This document shows positions 53,006 to 64,000 of a stretch of 64,000 bases of DNA, one piece after another. The notes below the pieces were generated by a model that searched no databases, was not told where the DNA came from, and was given only the letters and a program-made list of their open reading frames with translations. This DNA is from Octopus vulgaris (Eukaryota): contig OX597821.1 in assembly GCA_951406725.2 (NCBI GenBank), positions 33,170,001 through 33,234,000 of the forward strand, written 5' to 3'. Position 1 is the stretch's first letter; every line of letters begins with the position of its first letter. The position numbers and the translations under genes were made by a program.

Positions 53006-53961
53006 ACAGATAATTTTCAGTTTACCAAATTCACACAAAAGACCCTGGTTGGCATAATGTTATGGTCGAAGACACTTGCCCAAGATGCCATGCAGTGGGA
53101 CTAAGCCACAAAAACTAAATGGTTGAGCAGCAAATTTCTTAACCACAACCTGTACCTTACATCTTGTATTACCAATATTTATTTTACAAACTGATATTTA
53201 TTTTACCTGCATTTGGCAAGAATTGAAATCAGAGCCAAGAATTATGAAACTAAGCTTTGCAATATTGGAGCTCTATTATAGATAGTTAAACTCCAGTCTT
53301 TAAAATATATGATTAATACAAGCAAACTGGTATTAATCATCATCAGCAAAAATTACTTAGCATATATCTGGATAACTTAATATGCCTTGAAGAGACAAGA
53401 CTCCTGACATTTCAAGCAAAGCTCTTCTTCAGAGAACACAAAAATCGTTTTTAAATTTTAAGAAACAATTTCTTTATACGACAAAGGGCTTGGTTTAAAA
53501 TGTCACGATCCTTGTCATTCCATGACATATGAACTTGTCCAGATCTACAAACTTTAAATAGATAAATATTAAATATTTGTGATAAATAAATATATTATTT
53601 GTTATTTAGATCTGACTGAAACTTTCTTATCACACACTTCACATACTATTGATATATGTAAGTCTTCTATCCCATCTATTTGTGCGCACACACACACAAA
53701 TACAACACATATCTACACTATACACAAACACAACATGCACGCACAAACACACATGCACACACTCTCTCTCTTTCTCTCTTATGAAGATAATAGAATAAGT
53801 AATACAAAGAATTGCTGAGTAATTTTTATCATATCTTTATTTTTACCTTCAAGTTTGCTTTTAATACATCTTCCACCTCTCTATCTGTCTGTCTATCCAT
53901 CAGTTTGTCTGTCCATTCATCCATCTATCCATCCACCCTTCTATCTACCTATCTATTTACC

Positions 53962-54000
<39 letters not shown>

Positions 54001-54004
<4 letters not shown>

Positions 54005-54351
54005 TCATCATCATTTCACGTCCTCTTTCCATGCTAGCATGGGTTGGACGATATGACTGAGAACTGGTGAACCAGATGGCTGCACCAGTCTCCAATCTGA
54101 TCTGGCAGAGTTTCTACAGCTGGATGCCCTTCCTAATGCCAACCAGTCCGAGTGTGTAGTGGGTGCTTTTACGTGCTATGGGTACGAGGGCCAGTCAGGT
54201 GGTACTGGCAAAGGCCACACTCAAATGCTGTTTTTTCACGTGCCACTGGGATTTTTATGTGCCACCGGCATGGAAGCCAGTCAGCTGCTCTGGCAATGAT
54301 CACGCTCGAATAGTGTTCTTAGCACTCCACTGGCACAGGTGCCAGTCATCA

Positions 54352-54424
<73 letters not shown>

Positions 54425-54465
54425 ATATACATATATATATATGTATATATATATGTATATATATG

Positions 54466-54497
<32 letters not shown>

Positions 54498-54935
54498 TAT
54501 ATATTTATATATACATATATATATATATATATACATATATATGTATATATACATATATATATCTATATGTATATATATACATATATATATATACATGTAT
54601 ATATATGTATATATACATATACATATATGTATATATACATATATATATATATGTAATATATGTATGTATGTATGTATGTGCGTATGTATGCATGTATGTA
54701 TATATATATATGTACTGAGGAGACATATTGAGTCAAGTAAAATCAAAATCACAATCAGAATCTCAATCAAATCGAAATCAAAATGGAAATTGTAGTTGTG
54801 GCCAATGCCGCTGCCACTTGGCTGGCTCTTGTGCTGCTGGCACACAATAAGCACCATCCATGCATGGGTTGATGCCAGTGCCGCCTGCCTGGCTCCCCGT
54901 GCCAGTGGAATGTAAAAAGTACTGTCCAAATATGA
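54001..54935. mobile_element. Two oppositely oriented RTE family C fragments (54001-54346 minus, ~54715-54935 plus) around a microsatellite
   Basis: Similarity to 4761-5280. Confidence 0.8.
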
Positions 54936-55273
54936 TCAACATATATATGTATATACACACATATATATGTATATGCATACACATACGCATGCACACGTGC
55001 ATAAACACACCCGCAGACACACACACACACACATATTTTCGACGATGGGACTGATAACTACTAATATCTTTTACTAAGGAGATTCCTTAAGTTTTCCTCT
55101 CTGAAGAGTAAATAGTTGGATTTTATATGAAAATCTTTGCTCAATGAGATATACACTATATAAACAGCATTTTCAGAAACAGCTGTGAAGACTGTATAGA
55201 TGTCACCCATTTCAAGAAAGTATCAAGCAGGCTGTAAGACAAAAGTCTGCGGGCCTCACATTTTGATTACCCT

Positions 55274-55483
55274 TTACTCTTTTACTTGTTTCAGTCATTT
55301 GACTGCAGCCATGCTGGAGCACCGCCTTTAGTCGAGCAATTCGACCCCGGGACTTATTCTTTGTAAGCCTAGTACTTATTCTATCGGTCTCTTTTTGCCA
55401 AACCGCTAAGTGACGGGGACATAAACACACCAGCATCGGTTGTCAAGCAATGCTAGGGGGACAAACACAGACACACAAACATC

Positions 55484-55534
<51 letters not shown>

Positions 55535-55713
55535 ATATATATACATATATACGACGGGCTTCTTTCAGTTTCCGTCCAACAAATCCACTCACAAGGCTTT
55601 GGTCGGCCCGAGGCTATAGTAGAAGACACTTGCCCAAGGTGCCACGCAGCGGGACTGAACCCGGAACCATGTGGCTGGTAAGCAAGCTACTTACCACACA
55701 GCCACACCAGCGC
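55274..55713 (-). mobile_element. SINE family A, full length
   Basis: Matches 3792-4189. Confidence 0.92.
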
Positions 55714-56374
55714 CTATTGTTCATTCTTTCTAAAATACATGTATGTATGTATGTATGTATGTACATACGTTTTACATGCATGCAAGCAGGCAGGAAGCTA
55801 GCTAGCTTAACGTGCCCTTACAGCTTACCAGATTCTGTTAAGCCCTCACCAGCATGGAAAATGGACAGAAAATGATGATGATGATGATGATGATGATGAC
55901 GTGTGTGTTTTTATGTATATATGTGTTTGTGTGTGTGTAAGTATCATCATCATCATCATCGTCGTTTAATGTCTATCTTCCATGCTGGCATGGGTTGGAC
56001 AGTTTTAGAGGGGCTGGCCAGGCAGGAGCCTGCACCATGCTTCTGTGTCTGTTTTAGCATGGTTTCTACAGCTGGATGCTCTTCCCAACACACACAATTC
56101 ATAAATATATGTTATGTGTGAGTTTATGTATTTATGTTTTGTCTATATATATATATAATTCAAGTATGTGTGTATAATTCATATCCATTTAATATATAGC
56201 GTGGACAACGAATGTTAAATGGTGATGACGATATGTGTGTGCCACTATTTATGTTTATATGTGTATATATATGTATCTTTATGTATGTATATGTATGTGA
56301 ATGCACAGATTGAGAGAGGGGAAGGAAGAGAAAGGAAATGAGAAAGAGTGCAAGGCAGATAAAAAGATAGACAA

Positions 56375-56414
<40 letters not shown>

Positions 56415-56897
56415 TTGAGAGGGGGAGGGGGAGGGAGGGAGGTGGGGAAAGGAGAACATTCAGTTCATTTAGTATAATAAGCAAATTTCTTGAAAGTTAA
56501 TTTTACACACACACAAATGTGTGTGTGTGTGTGTGTGAATATGTATATAGATATAGATAGATAAATATATATAAAATTTCACTGAGACATTCCACAGATG
56601 ACATTTTAAGGAAGAATGTCGTTCGAAAGTTTCTTCTTTTAAGAAAACTTCTTTAGGATGAAATGAAATAATTGCCTCTTTGATAGAAATACTTTTAACT
56701 CCATAGTAGTTGTAGTAGTAGTAGTGGTGGTGGTGGTGGTGATGGTAGTAGTAGTAGTAGTATTAGTAAGAACACTTTGCAGATGTAGATAGGAGTAGGG
56801 GTAAGGATTAATTTGGAAGCACAATACAATTAGTTATGGCATAATTGGGTTTTATGTATATATATGTATATATATGTGTGTGTGTTTGTGCATGTGA

Positions 56898-56929
<32 letters not shown>

Positions 56930-58184
56930 ATGTATATATCTATATGTGTGTGTGCGTGTATAGCTCTGTGTGTGTGTGTGTGTTTATGTATGTATGTATG
57001 GTCTCTTTTATTTTTAATTACTTAAGATCTTCCTGTAAGGAAGGAGCTGGTTTTTAACAAAGATTATAATAAGAGATACAAAGCTTCAACATTGGAATGC
57101 AGATAACAAAAATGAATTCACACTTTGAACTTAAGAAAGTCACACATATGTTCACTGTTCCACTTACAGATTGTACTTTTAGATATACAAGTTAGCTGAT
57201 TGATTTCTTTTTCTGAGGACCTTGGCTAATGCAGACTGTCACTTAGGCATTTACCAAATGCACTAATTATTATTGGTATAAATGTAAATTTATTATCTGT
57301 ATATAGAAACCATGTGTGTCTGTGTGTCCACTCAGCTGGCAGAAATTAGTAGTACTTGGAGTAATTCAAAGGGAAGCCTTGTCACATTCTGTGTCACACT
57401 GAATCTCCCTGAGAACTATATTAAAGGTATGTGTGTCTGTTGGTGTGTTTACATCCCTCTAACTTAACATTTTGGCGAAAAAACACTGATAGAGTAAGTA
57501 CTAGGCTTACAAAGAATAAGTCCTGGGGTCAACTAAAATGTTCTTTGACTAAAAAAAAATCCTTTGGGGCAGTGCTCCAGTATGGCCTCAGTGAAATAAC
57601 TGAAACAAGTAAAAGAATTAAAGAAGACTGTCAGAATGATGCAGACGCCTCTGATGAGAAACCAATCAGATTCAAAAATCAATTAAGGTGGTTCATCGTT
57701 TTTTTCCGCCTGTGGGAAAATGGCTAAAGTTTGCCCTGTTTATAATTATACGTTACATACACACACACACACACACACACATATCATTTTTCATTTTATC
57801 TAATTTCAGCTTATGAGCTGTGGCACCGCCATTCAATATATATATATATATCCTGCTCACTTAGCCAGCGGGGTGGCGTCATTTGAAGGCTAAAACAATG
57901 CAAAGGGCATTGTGATCAGCGATGTGTAACTACATCTGATGGACTGGTCGGTCACGTGACGTGACGATATATATATACATACACACACACATGAACATAC
58001 ACATATATGCACATGCACTTATGTAGTCATTAGACTGCGGCCATGCAGGGGCACTACCTTTGTACTTTCTTAATACTTTTTTTTTTTATTGTATTTATTA
58101 TGTATATATTAATGCAGAATGGATATTTAATTCACAGGCAGTGCTGTGTGGTAAGAAACTTGCTTTCCAACCACATGGTTCCTG

Positions 58185-58403
58185 GCATAGGAGTGGCTGT
58201 GTGGTAAGTAGCTTGCTTACGAACCACATGGTTCTGGGTTCAGTCGCACTGCGTGGCACCTTGGCCAAGTGTCTTCTACTATAGCCTCAGGCCAACCAAA
58301 GCCTTCTGAGTGGATTTGGTAGGTGGAAACTGAAAGAAGCCCGTCGTATATATGTATATGTGTGTGTATATATGTATATATATGACCATTCCGAAATATA
58401 ACA

Positions 58404-58437
<34 letters not shown>

Positions 58438-58968
58438 ACATGTATGTATGTATGTATGTATGTATGTATGTATGTATGTATGTATGTATGTATATGTGAG
58501 TATATGTTTGTGTGTCTGTGTTTGTCCTCCCAACATCGCTTGACAACCGATGCTGGTGTGTTTACGTCCCCGTAACTTAGCGGTTCGGCAAAAGAGACCG
58601 ATAGAATAAGTACTAGACCTACAAAGAATAAGTCCTGGGGTCGATTTGCTCAACTAAAGGCAGTGCTCCAGCATGGCCACAGTCACATGACTGAAACAAG
58701 TAAAAGAGTATTACTTTGGAAACTGAAAGAAGCCCGTCGTACGTGTGTGTGTGTGTGTGTCTTTTCCCCACCATCATTCGACAACCGATGCTGGTATGTT
58801 TACGTCCCCGTAAATTGGCGGTTCGGCAAAAAAAAAAAAGACTAACTGGAAAAAGTGCCAAGCTTAGCAAAAATAATAAGTACTAGGGTCAATTCATTCG
58901 ACAAAAAATTCTTCAAGGCGATGCCCCAGCATGGCCGCAGTCAAACGACTGAAACAAGTAGAAGATTA
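58185..58968 (+). mobile_element. SINE family A full copy (58185-58709) plus a tandem partial copy
   Basis: Matches 28077-28472. Confidence 0.88.
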
Positions 58969-59226
58969 AAGAAATCGAATATACACAGCAAAATGTGTAT
59001 GTGCGCGTCTGCCCGTATATATGTATTTGCAAGTATATTGTGTGTGTGTGTGTGTGTTGGTTGGTTGGTTGGTTTCGATTTCACCTAGTTTCTCTTGGGA
59101 CACTATTAGTCCTTCTGAGTGTGTGTGCCTCTCTTTCTCCTTAGATTTTTAAAATTTTATTTATTGTTGGTGATTCTTTTTCTACGAATAGGCAAAGTCA
59201 GTCAAAGTTCATTTGTTTGAACTACG

Positions 59227-59280
<54 letters not shown>

Positions 59281-59373
59281 GACGTTGTTTTTGGTGTCCT
59301 GTACCCATATATGCATGTAGAGGTAGGTACGTACATATATGTATGTATATATGCATATGTTTTATTTAATTTA

Positions 59374-59426
<53 letters not shown>

Positions 59427-59429
<3 letters not shown>

Positions 59430-59656
59430 CTTTACTACCCACAAGGGGCTATACACAGAGAGGACAAACAAGGATAGACAAACGGATTAAGTCGATTACA
59501 TCTACCTCAGTGCGTAACTGGTACTTATTTAATCGACCCCGAAAGGATGAAAGGCAAAGTCGACCTCGGCGGAATTTGAACTCAGAACGTAGCGGCAGAC
59601 GAAATACTGCTAAGCATTTCGCCCGGCGTGCTAACGTTTCTGCCAGCTCTCCGCCA
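59427..59656 (-). mobile_element. SINE family D between (TA)n tracts
   Basis: Matches 45378-45608. Confidence 0.92.
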
Positions 59657-60231
59657 TATATATATATATATGTATATATATGTATATATATGTATATATA
59701 TGTATATATGTATATATATATAAAATGGCGGTGCCCCAGCATGGCCACAGCTCAAGAGCTGAAACTGGAAAACATATTCATACACACACACACACATTCA
59801 CGCAACACACACCCACACTCATACATTCCCGCACATATAAATATACCTGCTCACACCAAGCACGCACATTCCTGTTAGGATATTACACAGTTCATCCTAT
59901 TCGCGAAAATTAAAAAACAACAACAAAAAAAAACTTTTTTTCTGAAAGTTGATTCCACTTTCAGTTTGTCACAAGCTCTTCCCTCCTCAACCAATTGTTG
60001 ACGTGTTTTTTTTTTTTTCTCTCTTTTAGTCATTCCCATCTGTTTTACTCTGTCTTTCACAAGCATACACACACACACGCATATACCACATACAAAACTT
60101 AGCATGTGTTTAACAAGCTTGCGGTTAGCTGGAAGACTTTGTTTGTTTCAGTTCGCTTACCATATATTTTTTATACAAACATCTATCATCTCATTTCTCA
60201 TACTTGTTGCTTCACTTTTTCTTCGAAAGAT

Positions 60232-60677
60232 ATGCCGACCGCTGGCAATGTGGAAACCAAACTGAACGACTCCCACGATAATAACACTACATCTTGTTCT
60301 GTCTTGCTTGTCCTAAAGAATGCGTTCCATTCTTGTGTACCGTTTTCGAAATTAAAGTTATTAGTAGAGAAAAATGGGTCGAAAAACACTTCTCCGCCAG
60401 AGATAGCGACTGTTTACGCGAATTTTGAACTTTTTAAATCTGGTCTGACTACAACTATTAATGACGGCGGTGATAGCTGCAATGGTGCTACTTGCGGTTA
60501 TAATAATGGTTATGATGATTATTATAGTGAAGCCGTCCCACATCCACATGTATCCATCGGAAAAGTTAAAGAAAGTAGGATACGGTTATTAAACATTGAA
60601 GCCGGGATTGAAAACGTTCCGACGAAAATCGATGAGAGTTCTTCTAGTGTTATTAAATATCGCACGCCAAACTTCAG
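60232..60677 (+). CDS. Probable first coding exon of an unidentified gene (continues beyond the window)
   Basis: Non-repetitive open frame MPTAGNVETK...KYRTPNF ending at a strong donor CAG|gtaagt (phase 2). A possible acceptor, tttttcttcgaaag, lies just before the ATG. Confidence 0.65.
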
Positions 60678-61043
60678 GTAAGTTCTTGCTTGCTTCTGTT
60701 GTTTATTCAGTGAAGAAGCATGCTCGTAAATTGAAAAGTTGCCATTAAACAGCATCAAGACACACACAGGTGTGTATGTTGTAAGCATGCGTATGTAAAT
60801 GTGTATTGTTGCGTGTATGTGGAGGCGCGTGACAAAGTGGTTAGAGTGTTGCACTCATGATCGAAAGATTGTAGTTTCGATTCTTGGATCAGGCGGCGAT
60901 GCGTTGTGCTCTTTTTAAACAAATCTCTTCATTTCAGCTGGCAAAAATGAGTAATCCTACGAGGGACCAGTGTCCCATCCAGGGATGAGGTAATATCTAC
61001 GCTGCAGAATCTGAAAAAACCAGCCTTATGAGCCAATGACCTT

Positions 61044-61131
<88 letters not shown>

Positions 61132-61265
61132 ATCGGGGAACGCCGTTAGTAAGATAGGTAAGGAGGAGGGAGAAAATAAAATAAAGTTAAAAGGTAATAT
61201 ATAAAGGAGGAATATATATATACATCTGTGTGTGTGGCCATATATATATGCTTGTGTGTGGCTAA

Positions 61266-61307
<42 letters not shown>

Positions 61308-61599
61308 GTGTGTGTGTGTGTGTGTGTACGTGAGTCGTCTATAAGTCGTGGGGAAAGTTGCTCTCTTTCCAAAAGATGTATAATTATATATATATATATA
61401 TATAGGCTGTATACTCTGTATATGTATGTACACACGCACACATATATATATTTATGGGTACATGCTATATTAATGTTTGTTTTTATGTTCAGTTATAAAA
61501 ACAGTTTTACATTAATCTGTAGAATACAAATTTGTTATTCGTATAAAAGAATGTTGTTGATAGTAACTCCGAAGTTTCGGCCAGCTAAGCCATCGTCGG

Positions 61600-61995
61600 A
61601 TTAATGTTTATGTGTACATACATGTAAGTGTATATAAATATATATATATGTGTATGTATGTATGTATATATATATATATAAACACACACACACACACACA
61701 CATTGCCTATGTTTATATGTATATTCGTGTGTTTGTGTGTGTAGTGAGAGAGAGAGATGTGTGTGTATATATATATATAAACACACACACTCATTGCTTA
61801 CGTTTATATGTATATTCATGTCTGTGTGTGTGAGTAGAGAGAGAGAGAGAGAGAGAAACATTTAACTTGTATATTATATATATGATATACACACACATCC
61901 GTTGCCTATGTTTATATGTATATCTATGTCCGTGCGAGTGTGTGTGTGTGGAGAGAGAGAGAGAGAGAGAGAGACATTTAACCTGTATATTATTA
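61600..61995. repeat. Three ~100-125-bp tandem units built from microsatellite blocks
   Basis: TTGCCTATGTTTATATGTATAT..(TG)n(GA)n repeated. Confidence 0.7.
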
Positions 61996-62282
61996 ACTAA
62001 CAATAACAACCACCAACTGTGTAGCGATAGAATATGACCGTCAGCCGTCACTCCAATCGTTAAAAACGAAATCGGTTGAGTAACAGTGACTTATTGAATT
62101 TATTGTAGGCAACATTGTGACTGATCATATATCGATTCTATCGGGATGATATAATCACACATAGATACCTAAAGTCTCTATAACTGCCCACTGGTAATCA
62201 CAATAACTTTGAACATCTAACAATGCTCTTGGTTAGCTGTGTACAGGCATACTTCAAGTAACATGGTTTTTTGGGTGAGGGG

Positions 62283-62721
62283 GGGTCTTTTCGGTTTGAA
62301 CGGTAGTTTTTTCTAGTGGTGTCATATGAAATTGTCAACCATAATTATGACCCTAGTATCGATCTATTGCATTTCAATCTGTTTTAGGGTTAAGGGTGGG
62401 GGGAAGGGTATCTTTGTTTCTTCACAAATGTAAATAAACCCAATCTGTTTCTTAAACGAGGGACATATACATACGGCACAGAATGTTTTTTTTACCCCAA
62501 TGGACGTCATTGATTGGTTGAAATTGCAGAAATTGCAGAAAAAACAACAACAAATATCTTACAGACAATAGAATTTTCTCAATAAAGCCAAGAGAAAAAG
62601 ATGTTGGCAATGAAACTTCGCCAAGATGTTTTATAAACACATTCTACCAGTATACGAAGTTTTAAATTTTTTAGTTACCTAGAAATTATGTTAAAAACTG
62701 CCATTCAAACCGAAAAGATCC
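62283..62721 (-). mobile_element. MITE family E
   Basis: Both TIRs present; matches 40690-41104. Confidence 0.88.
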
Positions 62722-63344
62722 TTTTTTTTTTGTTATGAAATTAATGGAAAAAATAAACCTCAACTTCAATCGCTTTATCCGAGTTTATGTCGGTCTCAGC
62801 GAACATGTTGAAAAGCATAAAAGTAAGATAAAAACACCGAAGAACCAAAACTCAAGTGCAAAATCCAAATAAAATGCATGCGCATATATGTGCATAACAT
62901 TTATTAAAACACACATAATCTAATAAAGTTTTTGAAATATTTCTTCGTACTGCGTCGATTTTCTAATGAAGTTACATGTCTTGGGGACCAGCTACCGACG
63001 TAAGTTGAGATATGCCTGCGCTAACTTTATAGCTTGAGTGAGTGTTTAACTATTTATCGTCCGGTTTTGTTTCCACATGGTGAGAACTATATTGCCAGAT
63101 AACCATCTCTCGAATGCTCGTGGAATTACGTTTTACATAGTGCTAGCCTATCGAATGTGTGTAACTTTTTATCGATTCCGCTCTATCCATTTCTCTTCAG
63201 AAACTCTGTTATTAGTCAGTTAGTTGGTTATCTCCTTCATTTTTAATTAATTATAATAAATATTCTAGGAATTCTTCAAAATCAGATTGTATTCACATAC
63301 ATTCTCGTTCTTTCTTTCTTTCTCTCTCTCTCTCAGACACTCAA

Positions 63345-63505
63345 ACAAGGACTGTTTTTAGCAGCATCATAGGACTTCGATTAAACCACTGCACAGGGCC
63401 CCTATAGAAATTATTCATTGAGAGCAAACCACAAAAGTGGGCCCCTAGACTCGGGAGTCCCATGGGAAACAGCCTAGTGTGCCATTGCCTTAAGACACGG
63501 CCCCG
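63345..63505. mobile_element. GC-rich Harbinger-like MITE remnant
   Basis: GGGCCCC motifs and a GCCTTAAGAC.CGGCCC end; a similar-style element lies at ~38255-38392. Confidence 0.35.
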
Positions 63506-64000
63506 ACCTGCACGCATGCACGCACGTATACACAGTTCTCACCCACTGCTATTCTGTTTTAAAAAAAAACATACTTAATTACAAGAAAAATGGATTGTTA
63601 TAAAAACACACGTATTTATACAAATACGTATTTGTACATACACATATTTTATACACCAGAACTTTTATATTTATCACCATGGGCATGGTACATACATTTA
63701 CATTTTCACATTTACAAACGTGTACAAATACAGAATTAGCCCACACGCACACATAAGCATACGCGCGCACACCCACAACGCACGCATAATGTCGTGATGC
63801 CTGTGACATTTCGTTTTGCAAAGTTTCATCTTCCAGCGATCATTTATTTTCCTCACCCTCCCCAAGAACAGATTATTTCCCGGTTAAAACTGAAATAGGG
63901 TCCGATTTACAGCTTTGCTACTTGCTAGCCTAGTTGGTTGAATAGTGTGAATCAGTGACGGTGGGGACGGGGTGAGGCTGAAACCGCTTATTCTATAGTC

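Overview
AT-rich, microsatellite- and repeat-dense eukaryotic DNA. The SINE, LINE and MITE content looks like an octopus (cephalopod) genome; this is recognition, not a database result. One complete two-exon gene is supported: a minus-strand PLPP6-like PAP2 lipid phosphatase (exon 1 29353-29635, 15.2 kb intron, exon 2 13770-14149, 220 aa, all three catalytic motifs intact), with a motif-rich upstream promoter candidate. One plus-strand exon of an unidentified gene lies at 60232-60677. The rest is mostly tRNA-derived SINEs, RTE and CR1-group LINE fragments, Tc1/mariner, pogo, piggyBac and Helentron-type elements, a TTAGGG-containing MITE family and very long (TA)n-rich tracts. Nearly all long ORFs in the track are microsatellite artefacts. 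The most interesting signals are: a dispersed set of variant hammerhead-ribozyme motifs in small, often (TA)n-associated, Penelope-like relics; recurrent fold-back inverted duplications at (TA)n tracts and inside transposons; a twin-primed RTE; a decayed CCCH zinc-finger-like pseudogene candidate; and a 2.3 kb tandem duplication that may be an assembly artefact.
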